Source: Candidatus Nanohalarchaeota archaeon (lineage in GTDB: Archaea; Nanohalarchaeota; Nanosalinia; Nanosalinales; JAFCCC01). Taken from it: DNA of 64,000 nucleotides. This document shows positions 19,518 through 28,248 of this stretch, one piece after another. The stretch is taken from contig JAFCCC010000001.1 of the NCBI GenBank assembly GCA_017610385.1, positions 64,001 through 128,000 on the forward strand, written 5' to 3'. Position 1 is the first letter of the stretch, and each line of letters begins with the position of its first letter. Below the pieces are notes generated by a model. The model worked only from the letters and a program-made list of their open reading frames with translations, was not told the origin of the DNA and searched no databases. A program made the translations under genes and the position numbers.

Positions 19518-19949
19518 ATGATCTTAACTGTAAGGACAACAAGAGGTAGAGAGAAAACTGTCGTAGATTCTCTTGAAGCACGAATGAGTCAAGAGAATAT
19601 TGAAGTTCAGTCAATATTTTACCCACAAGAGTTAAAGGGTTATATTTTTGTTGAAGGGGACGAGAGTGCGGTCGAACAATTGGTTCGTAATTTAAGGCAC
19701 GTTCGAGGTGTAATAAAAAAGCCTGTTCCAATGGAAGAACTTGAGAAGTTCTTGTCAGAAAAACCCAAGGAAATCGAATTAGAAAAAGGGGATGTTGTTG
19801 AAGTCATTGGAGGACCATTTAAAGATGAATTAGCTAAAGTAGACCGTATTGATAAGGTTAATAGAGAAGCAACAATTGAACTGTTAGATTCGCCAGTACC
19901 AATCCCATTAACAATTGATGTAGAACAATTAAGAAAAAAGAGAGATTAA
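19518..19949 (+). CDS. spt5: Transcription elongation factor Spt5/NusG
   Basis: LKGYIFVE, KOW motif GDVVEVIGGPFK, PVPIPLTI. Confidence 0.93.
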   Translation: MILTVRTTRGREKTVVDSLEARMSQENIEVQSIFYPQELKGYIFVEGDESAVEQLVRNLRHVRGVIKKPVPMEELEKFLSEKPKEIELEKGDVVEVIGGPFKDELAKVDRIDKVNREATIELLDSPVPIPLTIDVEQLRKKRD

Positions 19950-19950
19950 A

Positions 19951-20433
19951 ATGGCAAAAAATATGATTTCAGCATTAGTAGAAGGCGGAAAAGCCTCTGC
20001 AGGGGCTCCTTTAGGTCCTGCTTTAGGCCCCTTAGGAGTAAATATTGGTAAGGTTGTATCTAAGATTAATGAAAAAACTGCGGCGTTCGCTGGAATGAAA
20101 GTACCTGTAACTGTGGTTGTAGAACTGCGCGATAAATCTTTTGAGATTGAGGTGGGTTCACCGCCAATTTCCGCATTATTAAAAAAACAAATTTCATTAG
20201 AAAAAGGATCTGGGCAAGCAGGAAAAGAAATTGTAAAAGATGCGGCTTTAGATGATATTATTGCAGTAGCAAAAATGAAAATGGATGGCTTATTTTCAAA
20301 GACATTAAAATCAGCAACAAAAGAGGTTTTAGGAAGCTGTCTAACAATGGGTATCTCAATTGAAGGAAAAGATCCGCGAGAGATTCAAAAAGCAATAACA
20401 GAAGGAGAATTTGATTCAAAATTAGAGGAATAA
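19951..20433 (+). CDS. rpl11: 50S ribosomal protein uL11
   Basis: VEGGKASAGAPLGPALGPLGVN, GMKVPV, GSCLTMGI. Confidence 0.96.
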   Translation: MAKNMISALVEGGKASAGAPLGPALGPLGVNIGKVVSKINEKTAAFAGMKVPVTVVVELRDKSFEIEVGSPPISALLKKQISLEKGSGQAGKEIVKDAALDDIIAVAKMKMDGLFSKTLKSATKEVLGSCLTMGISIEGKDPREIQKAITEGEFDSKLEE

Positions 20434-20434
20434 A

Positions 20435-21055
20435 ATGAGTGTACTTGATACAATTAAAAAAGTGAAAGAACAATCAAAAAAAAGAAAATTCAATCAGTCA
20501 ATGGATATTGTAATTAATTTGAAAAATGTGGATTTGAAAAAACAAGAAAATAAATTTACAGCAGATTTTCAATTTCCTTATGCAGTTTCTAATAAAAGAA
20601 TAGGAGTTATAGGAGAAGTAATTACTAAAAAAGCAAAAGATGCTGATGAACTTATTAATAAAAGCAAATTACAGGAATTAATTAAAGATAAGAAAAAAGC
20701 AAAGGAGTTTTTCAATACATTGGATTTCTTAATTGCTGAGGCACCGCTAATGCCTACCATCGCTAAAGAATTCGGTATTATCTTGGGTCCAAGAAATATG
20801 ATGCCGAAACCACTGCCTATTCAAGAAGATCCATCAAATATGATTAATGCCTTAAAAAAGACAATTACTATTAAATTAAAAGATGCTGCGATCATTCAAT
20901 GCAAAATTGGACATGAAAAAATGGAGAATAATCAAATTAAAGAGAATGCTGAAACACTTCTTTCATTTATTCGAGGGAAATTACCAAAAGGAAATAACAA
21001 TATCAAAGATATTCGATTAAAATTAACAATGGGTGCGCCTATAAAGGTGAAATAA
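20435..21055 (+). CDS. rpl1: 50S ribosomal protein uL1
   Basis: KRKFNQSMDIVINLK, LGPRNMMPKP, KLTMG. Confidence 0.94.
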   Translation: MSVLDTIKKVKEQSKKRKFNQSMDIVINLKNVDLKKQENKFTADFQFPYAVSNKRIGVIGEVITKKAKDADELINKSKLQELIKDKKKAKEFFNTLDFLIAEAPLMPTIAKEFGIILGPRNMMPKPLPIQEDPSNMINALKKTITIKLKDAAIIQCKIGHEKMENNQIKENAETLLSFIRGKLPKGNNNIKDIRLKLTMGAPIKVK

Positions 21056-21056
21056 A

Positions 21057-21914
21057 ATGGTTCTATCAAGACAAGGCAAAAAAGAAACAGTAAAGCAATT
21101 TCAAGAGCTAATAACGAATTCTAAAGTTGTTGGATTATTAAATATGGAAATGTTGCCTTGTAAACAATTACAAACAATTAAAAAAGAACTTAGGGGAACC
21201 GCGATCATTAAAATGAGTCGAAAAAGAATTATGAATTTGGCAATTGATGCGTCTAAACGAGGAGACTTGAAGGATCTTAATCTTAATAGCTTAAATCAAC
21301 CAGCATTATTGTTCTCAGATAAAGATTCTTTTAAGTTATTTGCAGAAATTAAGAAGAGAAAGATTCCTACTGGAGCAAAAGAAGGCGCGATCGTTCATAA
21401 AGACGTTTTTATAGAAGAAGGACCTACAGATTTACCACCTGGCCCAGCAATGTCTGAAATTCATAAAATAGGTTTAAAAACAAAAGTAGAGGGTGGCAAA
21501 ATTTCAATAATGGGCAGTAAAAAAGTTCTAAGTTCTGGTGATGAAATAACAAAAGATATTGCAAATGTTTTAAATAAATTAGGAATTGAGCCATTGGAAA
21601 TTGGTTTAGATTTAGTAAGCACTTGTGAAAATGGAAAATTATTCACAAGAGAAGTTTTAGATATTGATCAAGAACAATATATAACAGACCTTATCTCTTG
21701 CTCCCAGAAAGCATTTAATTTAAGTATAAACGCGGGAATACCTACAAAACAGACGATAGTTCCTATGATTCAAAATGCGTTCCAAAAAGCAAAGAATTTG
21801 GGTGTAAATGCAGAAATTATGGACTCTGGAATTGTGGGTGAATTAATAGCGAAAGCAGTAAGTGAAGCAAAATCTTTGGAATCACAAATAGACATAAAGA
21901 CCTTTGAAAAATAA
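21057..21914 (+). CDS. rpl10: 50S ribosomal protein uL10 (P0), lacking acidic tail
   Basis: GPTDLPPGP, KLGIEPLEIGL; follows rpl1. Confidence 0.92.
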   Translation: MVLSRQGKKETVKQFQELITNSKVVGLLNMEMLPCKQLQTIKKELRGTAIIKMSRKRIMNLAIDASKRGDLKDLNLNSLNQPALLFSDKDSFKLFAEIKKRKIPTGAKEGAIVHKDVFIEEGPTDLPPGPAMSEIHKIGLKTKVEGGKISIMGSKKVLSSGDEITKDIANVLNKLGIEPLEIGLDLVSTCENGKLFTREVLDIDQEQYITDLISCSQKAFNLSINAGIPTKQTIVPMIQNAFQKAKNLGVNAEIMDSGIVGELIAKAVSEAKSLESQIDIKTFEK

Positions 21915-21917
21915 AGA

Positions 21918-23051
21918 TTACGTTTTTAGTCCGTGCCCTGTTATTATACAGACAATTGTTTTTTCACGTAATTGTTCGCGCGTTTGCTTTTTTTTTGACA
22001 ATTTGATTAATCCTGCCAAAGAGACTGCACCAGATTCTTCTGCATAAATACCTTCTTGCTGAGCTAAAAGTCGTTTGGCTTCTAAAATTTCGCGGTCAGA
22101 AACAGTTATTCCTAACCCATTTGATTCTTGAAGTGATTCTAATGCCTCTTGACCATCTAATGGACTTCCACAGGCAATAGCAGCAGCAACTGTAACTGGA
22201 TCATTAACATACGAAGGAGCACTATTATTTAAAAAAGAGCCAATAACTGTATCACAGTTTTCAGATTGTACGCCAATCATCTTCGGTGTTTTTTCAATTA
22301 AACCAGTTAGCTTTAATTCTTTAACACCTTTCCATATTCCTTTTAGCAAAGTTCCATTACCGATAGGAACTACAATGTAATCTGCATTAAGTTCATCCAT
22401 AATTTCATGACCAACACTCTTTTCACCTTCTCCTCTGTATGGGTAATCTCCTAGAAGATAAATACCTTTTTTATTAAACATTTCCATAGCTTTCTGTGCA
22501 GCTAAAACATAATCTCCGTGAACTTGGATTATTTTCGCTCCATGACTCTTCATTTGTTTTCTTTTTATTCCTGGCGTTTTCTCGGGAATGAAAATATTGG
22601 CTTTAATCTGAGCCTTTGCACAATATGCTGCAATTGATGCGCCCATATTCCCTGTTGATGCCACTACAATTTCTTTAGAATTAAAATCAAGTGCTTTAGA
22701 AAGTTCAATAGATGTTCCACGATCTTTGAAAGATCCAGTAGGATTAGAGCTTTCTAATTTAAAATAAAGCTTAATTTTGGAGTCTTTTAAAAGATTCTCA
22801 CTAAAAATTAATGGAGTTCCGCCAGCACCGAGTTTAATTAGATTCTTATCATTTAAAGTTGGGAAAAATTCTCTGTATCGGTAATGATTAAAGGGACGTT
22901 TTCTGAGTTCCTTCCAGCTTACTTTATCTTTAATCTCGTCATAATCATAAATAACATCTAAGCCACCGCCACATTTTTCACATCTAAACTGAATTTTATC
23001 TTTCGAAACTTTGTTTCCGCATCGGACACATTGCAAATATTTAACATGCAT
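21918..23051 (-). CDS. thrC: Threonine synthase-like PLP enzyme (fold type II)
   Basis: N-terminal CxxC/CxxC, KLESSNPTGSFKDRG, ASTGNMGAS, PIGNG, ITGHGLK. Confidence 0.8.
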   Translation of the reverse strand: MHVKYLQCVRCGNKVSKDKIQFRCEKCGGGLDVIYDYDEIKDKVSWKELRKRPFNHYRYREFFPTLNDKNLIKLGAGGTPLIFSENLLKDSKIKLYFKLESSNPTGSFKDRGTSIELSKALDFNSKEIVVASTGNMGASIAAYCAKAQIKANIFIPEKTPGIKRKQMKSHGAKIIQVHGDYVLAAQKAMEMFNKKGIYLLGDYPYRGEGEKSVGHEIMDELNADYIVVPIGNGTLLKGIWKGVKELKLTGLIEKTPKMIGVQSENCDTVIGSFLNNSAPSYVNDPVTVAAAIACGSPLDGQEALESLQESNGLGITVSDREILEAKRLLAQQEGIYAEESGAVSLAGLIKLSKKKQTREQLREKTIVCIITGHGLKT

Positions 23052-23057
23052 TTTAAC

Positions 23058-23522
23058 CTATAACTCCCAAAAAAGCAACCCAAACAAAAACAATGCCATA
23101 ATACTATCCCACAAGGCATTATTTAGAACCAAACTTATTAGTAAACAGGTGATGAAGAGTATTGAAAAAATATAAAAAAAGATTTTGGAAGATAACTTCA
23201 GTTTTTTAGGTTTTTTGATTGCTTTAAAATATAATTTATAAGAAAATCCTAATGAAATAACAAGTAGAATTAAAGAAATCCAAATATTCTGAATAAAATA
23301 ATTTAAAATTCCTGAAAGAATCACACCAAGTACCAAAAGCGGACCAATTATCAACAACACTTTCTTAATAGAGTATTGTAAAAATAATTCCAAATCGAAT
23401 TTTTTCTTCTTTGTTTTAAAATAATAAATTGATCCCAAAATAAATAAAATAAGTAAAATATATTTACTAGTAACAGAAGCAACGTCCCAAATAGCACCCA
23501 ACAAATTAAAAATCCAGCTCAC
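23058..23522 (-). CDS. Hypothetical integral membrane protein
   Basis: Several hydrophobic helices; co-oriented within an operon. Confidence 0.65.
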   Translation of the reverse strand: MSWIFNLLGAIWDVASVTSKYILLILFILGSIYYFKTKKKKFDLELFLQYSIKKVLLIIGPLLVLGVILSGILNYFIQNIWISLILLVISLGFSYKLYFKAIKKPKKLKLSSKIFFYIFSILFITCLLISLVLNNALWDSIMALFLFGLLFWEL

Positions 23523-23526
23523 ATTA

Positions 23527-24825
23527 TCACCTAATTATTGCATTTAAAGAATTTACAATTCTCTCTGATATTTCTCTTTTTATGTTAAGTGGCAGTAAAA
23601 ACCTAATACTCGGATTAAATAAATCATTCCCACACCCATAAGTTAAAATTCCTTGTTTAATCAAAAGATCATTTAAAATCTTGTCTCTCATTTTTGGATC
23701 AGGTTTGCCTTTTTTATTTTGAATTTCAATTCCAAACATTAATCCCATTCCACGAACTTCTTTAACAATCTTTTTGTTTTCTAAATTCTTAATTCCTTTT
23801 AAAATAAAATCTCCTTCTTTTTTTGCATTTTTTAGATAATTATTCTTTTCAATAAGCTCAATCGTATTAAGTACTAAAAAACAGTCCTTGGGAGAACCAC
23901 CAAAAGTATTGCTCATGTGTCCTTCTTCATTCGGAGAGTATTTAGAATCAATTAAAGCAGCACCAAATGCCGAAAATCCTCCGGAAAAGGCTTTTGCTAC
24001 AGAAATCATATCTGGTTTAACTTTAAAATTCTCAATAGCAAACCAATGACCGGTTCTTAAGGAACTTTGGATTTCATCAGCGATTAAAGGAATATCATAT
24101 TTATCACAAACTTCTCGCAACATTGGGAAAAAATCTTTATGAGGAACAATATATCCCCCCTCCCCTTGAATTGGTTCAATAATCACGGAATTAATATTAG
24201 AAGGACTTTCCCGTAGAATTACTTGATTTAAATACGAAATTACCTCTTTTGCTAAATCTTCTTCTGCGATATTAAATGGAAAAGAAGACTTTGCAGGGTA
24301 TGGGATTGGTAACGTTCTAGCTAAGAAATTATAACCTTGCTTATGTACTCCCTTTGAAAAGTTCATTGAAAGTGCTAAAGAAGTTCTTCCGTGAAATGCA
24401 TTTAAAAATGAAATATAACTCCCACCGCCACGATACAATTGAGCAGCTTTTAGGCATCCTCTTTCAACAGCCTCACTACCAGAATTGCAATAAAACACTT
24501 TCAAATCTCCCATTTTCATGTTTCCTGGAAATATTTCTGTGAATTTTTTAGCAAGTTCTAATTGATACGGATGATAATGTTCTTGACCAGCAGTCATAAT
24601 TGGACGAGAATCATTATCTGAATAATATTGTCTCATTAATTCTAATAATTCGGGAGGTCTATGACCTAACGGAGCAGTCCCAACTTGAGAGCTAGCATCA
24701 ATAACTTCTTTTAATGTTTTTTTTGCAGTTCTAACTGTAAGGTATGCTCCTTTAGCTTCTAAAATTTCAAATTCTTGTCGGGTGGTTGGCCACAAAACTT
24801 TTTTGTATTCTTTAAAATTACTCAT
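23527..24825 (-). CDS. Class III PLP aminotransferase (ornithine/4-aminobutyrate-like)
   Basis: NSGSEAVE, AFHGRT, EPIQGEGGY, ADEIQS, PDMISVAK; start reassigned to the ATG just after the ALDH stop. Confidence 0.88.
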   Translation of the reverse strand: MSNFKEYKKVLWPTTRQEFEILEAKGAYLTVRTAKKTLKEVIDASSQVGTAPLGHRPPELLELMRQYYSDNDSRPIMTAGQEHYHPYQLELAKKFTEIFPGNMKMGDLKVFYCNSGSEAVERGCLKAAQLYRGGGSYISFLNAFHGRTSLALSMNFSKGVHKQGYNFLARTLPIPYPAKSSFPFNIAEEDLAKEVISYLNQVILRESPSNINSVIIEPIQGEGGYIVPHKDFFPMLREVCDKYDIPLIADEIQSSLRTGHWFAIENFKVKPDMISVAKAFSGGFSAFGAALIDSKYSPNEEGHMSNTFGGSPKDCFLVLNTIELIEKNNYLKNAKKEGDFILKGIKNLENKKIVKEVRGMGLMFGIEIQNKKGKPDPKMRDKILNDLLIKQGILTYGCGNDLFNPSIRFLLPLNIKREISERIVNSLNAIIR

Positions 24826-24826
24826 T

Positions 24827-26305
24827 TTAGTCGATCCCCTGTGCTTTTTGTAATTTGCCTGAATAATCAATATAAATTGTTTTTTCCTCAGAAAATTCAT
24901 TCAAACACGACCAACCAGCTTCTCGGGTTCCATTACCAGTGTGTTTTGTTCCTCCAAACGGTAAATGAACCTCGGATCCAATAGTACTAGAATTCACATA
25001 CGTTAATCCGGTATTAATCTTTTCGATTGCTTTGAAAGCAGACGTAATATTGGTTGTATAAATTGCAGAAGATAAACCATATTCTATAGAATTACAAATT
25101 TCAATAGCGTCATCTAAATCTTTTGCTTTCATTAAACATAAGACGGGACCAAAGATTTCTTCTTTTGCAATGGTCATTTCCTTTGTAACATTAGAAAAAA
25201 TGGTAGGTTTATAAAAAAATCCATCATAAGCTCGGGGAGTATATTTACAACCACCGATTAATAATTTGGCTTTATCTTTCATTTTACCTAAAATTACATA
25301 TCCATTAATTCGCTCTAACTGCTTTTCATTAACTATAGGACCAACATCGATGCTTTTATCCAATGGGTCTCCCAATCTTAAAGCTTTTGTGCGCTTAAGC
25401 AACATTTTCTCAAATTTCGAATATATTTTTTCATGAACAATTACCCTAGATGTTGCAGTGCAACGTTGACCTGCGGTTCCAAATGCACCCCAAATCACTC
25501 CCTCTAGTGCAGAATCTAAATTAGCATCATCCATAACAATTATAGCATTTTTTCCGCCAAGTTCTAACCCAGTTCTTTTCATTAACGCTGCGCACGTACT
25601 CGCAATAAACTTTCCGGTTTTTAAAGATCCAGTAAATGATATCATCTTAACATCAGGATGCTCAACAAGAGGTACACCTACTTCTGTACCAGAACCAGTT
25701 ACTAAATTTAAAACACCTTTGGGGAGACCGGCTTTCTCTAAAACCTCAACAAATCTTACCGCACAAAGAGGAGTATCTGATGCAGGCTTAAAAACAACAG
25801 TATTTCCACATACTAATGCGGGAGCGATTTTCCAAGCAGGAATTGCAATCGGAAAATTCCATGGAGGAATGATTCCACAAACACCGATTGGAATATGAAA
25901 AGTCATTGCAAATTTATCTGGAAGTTCAGAAGGGGTGGTACGACCAAATAGTCGTCTGCCCTCTCCTGCAATATATTCAAAAAAATCAATGGCCTCCTGA
26001 ACATCTCCTAGTCCCTCTTTTAAAACTTTACCCATTTCTCTAGAAACCAACGTTCCTATTTCCTTTTTTCGTTCTTTTAAGATTTGTGCTGCTTTTAGTA
26101 AAATATCTGCTCTTCTTGGTGCCGGAGTATTTTTCCAAGAGTCAAATGCGTCTTTAGCTGCTCTAACTGCTTTTTCTACATCTTGCTTATTGGATCGCTG
26201 GAACTTTCCAATTATTTTTTTATTAGTGGGATTAAGACTTACAAAAGTTTTTTTAGATAGTGATTTGACCCATTTTCCATTTATATAATTAAAATATTCT
26301 GTCAT
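24827..26305 (-). CDS. Aldehyde dehydrogenase
   Basis: PWNFP, FTGS, LELGGKN, AGQRCTA, EEIFGP, PFGG. Confidence 0.94.
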   Translation of the reverse strand: MTEYFNYINGKWVKSLSKKTFVSLNPTNKKIIGKFQRSNKQDVEKAVRAAKDAFDSWKNTPAPRRADILLKAAQILKERKKEIGTLVSREMGKVLKEGLGDVQEAIDFFEYIAGEGRRLFGRTTPSELPDKFAMTFHIPIGVCGIIPPWNFPIAIPAWKIAPALVCGNTVVFKPASDTPLCAVRFVEVLEKAGLPKGVLNLVTGSGTEVGVPLVEHPDVKMISFTGSLKTGKFIASTCAALMKRTGLELGGKNAIIVMDDANLDSALEGVIWGAFGTAGQRCTATSRVIVHEKIYSKFEKMLLKRTKALRLGDPLDKSIDVGPIVNEKQLERINGYVILGKMKDKAKLLIGGCKYTPRAYDGFFYKPTIFSNVTKEMTIAKEEIFGPVLCLMKAKDLDDAIEICNSIEYGLSSAIYTTNITSAFKAIEKINTGLTYVNSSTIGSEVHLPFGGTKHTGNGTREAGWSCLNEFSEEKTIYIDYSGKLQKAQGID

Positions 26306-26367
26306 ACAATAATTATATCTTAGGTACTTAAAATAATTATTTTAACTCTCTAAGGTAATCTTATACT

Positions 26368-27273
26368 ATGAAAACAGCAGTTCTTGCGTTGGGTGGAAAT
26401 GCGCTGATTCAGCCTGGAGAAAATGCGGAGTTAAAAGTAGAGTTAAAACATTTGAATAGAACTTTAAAGAGCGTCCTATCATTATTCAAAAAATATAAAG
26501 TAATTATAACACATGGAAATGGTCCGCAAGTGGGAAATCTAATTTTACAGCAAAAAAATTCTGAAAAGATTGGGGTATCTAAAGTGCCACTATATGTTAA
26601 TGTTGCGCGGACTCAGGGAGAAATTGGAATCCTTATACAGGAAATGTTGCAAGAACTCTTAGCAAAAGAAAAAATAAAGCTTCCAATTGTTAATATATTA
26701 ACAAGGATAATTGTGGATTCAAAAGACCCAAATTTTAAAAACCCCAGCAAACCTGTTGGACCATTTTATACTAAAAAAGTTAAAGAGTTAGGAAAAACAT
26801 TTATTAAAACAGAAAAAGGTTATCGAAAAATTGTGCCGTCTCCAAATCCTTTAGAAATCGTTGAATTAAATCAAATTAAAACCTTATCAAAAAAAAACAT
26901 AATAATCTGTTGTGGTGGTGGAGGAATACCTGTAAATTCAGAATTAAAAGGAGTAAATGCGGTAATTGACAAAGATTTGACCTCACAAAAACTAGCCACG
27001 AGCGTAAAAGCGGATTTGTTTGTAATTTTAACTAATGTAGAAAACGTTTATCTTAATTTTAATGCGAAAAATCAAGAAAAACTCTCAAAAATTTCCATTA
27101 ATAAACTAAAAAAATATTATGAAGAAGGCCAATTTATGAAAGGAAGTATGAGACCAAAAATTTTATCAGCAATAAACTTCATTAAAGAGGGTGGCAATAA
27201 AGTTATAATTGCGTCACCAAAAAATGTACAGAAGGCTCTGGAAGGAACATCTGGAACAATAATAACAAAGTGA
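26368..27273 (+). CDS. arcC: Carbamate kinase
   Basis: ALGGNAL, THGNGPQVG, PSKPVGPFY, GGGGIPV, AVIDKD, GSMRPK. Confidence 0.95.
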   Translation: MKTAVLALGGNALIQPGENAELKVELKHLNRTLKSVLSLFKKYKVIITHGNGPQVGNLILQQKNSEKIGVSKVPLYVNVARTQGEIGILIQEMLQELLAKEKIKLPIVNILTRIIVDSKDPNFKNPSKPVGPFYTKKVKELGKTFIKTEKGYRKIVPSPNPLEIVELNQIKTLSKKNIIICCGGGGIPVNSELKGVNAVIDKDLTSQKLATSVKADLFVILTNVENVYLNFNAKNQEKLSKISINKLKKYYEEGQFMKGSMRPKILSAINFIKEGGNKVIIASPKNVQKALEGTSGTIITK

Positions 27274-27277
27274 TATC

Positions 27278-28168
27278 ATGAAAGACTTTTTAGACTTAAG
27301 GGATTTTTCAAAAGCAGAATTAATTAATTTATTATCTCTAACAAAAAAATTAGCCACATCTGATAAAAAGTACTTAGAAGGCAAGATCCTAGGTTTGATT
27401 TTTGAAAAGCCATCTACTCGAACTTCTTTATCTTTTATGGTTGCTATGAAAAAACTCGGTGGGGATTCAATTTATTTTAAACAAAATGACTTGCAATTAA
27501 GCCGTGGAGAACCAATAAAAGATATTGCGCGTGTCTTCACAAGGCAGGTAGATGGAATTGCTGCAAGAGTTTATAAACACAAAAGTTTGGAAGAATTATC
27601 AGAAAATGCAGACATACCAATAATAAATGCATTATCTGATCTAATTCATCCCTGTCAAATTTTAGCAGATTTTTATGTGCTAAAAGAACGTTTTGAGAAA
27701 CTTAGAAACCTGACGTTAACATATGTGGGGGATGGAAATAATGTTTGCAATTCCTTAATCACAATGTGTTCTAAATTTGGCATAAATATGAATGTTTCTT
27801 GCCCAGAAGGATATGATCCAAATAAAAAAATCTTGCGGGATGCTAAAAAACAACCAGGCAAAATCACCATTGAACGAGATCCTAAAAAAGCAGTGGAAAA
27901 TGCAGATATAGTTTATACTGATGTGTGGATTTCTATGGGAGAAGAATCAGAAAAAGAAAAACGGTTGAAAGTGTTCAAAAAATATAAAGTGAATTCAAAG
28001 CTTTTATCAAATGTAAAATCAGATTATATTGTAATGCACTGTTTGCCAGCACACAGGGGCCTCGAAATTACAGAAAAAGTAATAGAAAGTTCTAATTCTG
28101 TTGTTTGGGATCAGGCGTACAGTAGAATGCTAACCTCCAAAGCGCTTTTATATCATTTTTTAAAGTAA
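27278..28168 (+). CDS. argF: Ornithine carbamoyltransferase
   Basis: FEKPSTRT, HPCQ, GDGNNV, YTDVWISMG, HCLPAHRG. Confidence 0.95.
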   Translation: MKDFLDLRDFSKAELINLLSLTKKLATSDKKYLEGKILGLIFEKPSTRTSLSFMVAMKKLGGDSIYFKQNDLQLSRGEPIKDIARVFTRQVDGIAARVYKHKSLEELSENADIPIINALSDLIHPCQILADFYVLKERFEKLRNLTLTYVGDGNNVCNSLITMCSKFGINMNVSCPEGYDPNKKILRDAKKQPGKITIERDPKKAVENADIVYTDVWISMGEESEKEKRLKVFKKYKVNSKLLSNVKSDYIVMHCLPAHRGLEITEKVIESSNSVVWDQAYSRMLTSKALLYHFLK

Positions 28169-28196
28169 CATCTTATTTTCTAAAATAATCAAGAAA

Positions 28197-28248
28197 TTTG
28201 TTCTAAAAGAAGTAACTACCGCTTTGTTCTAAAAGAATTAACTACAGC
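28197..28248. repeat. 26-bp tandem duplication (2 mismatches)
   Basis: TTTGTTCTAAAAGAAGTAACTACCGC followed by TTTGTTCTAAAAGAATTAACTACAGC. Confidence 0.7.

Noticed and set aside
28197-28248. 26-bp tandem repeat as a CRISPR remnant or att site
   Set aside because: Two adjacent units with no spacer; best explained by local slippage at a gene end
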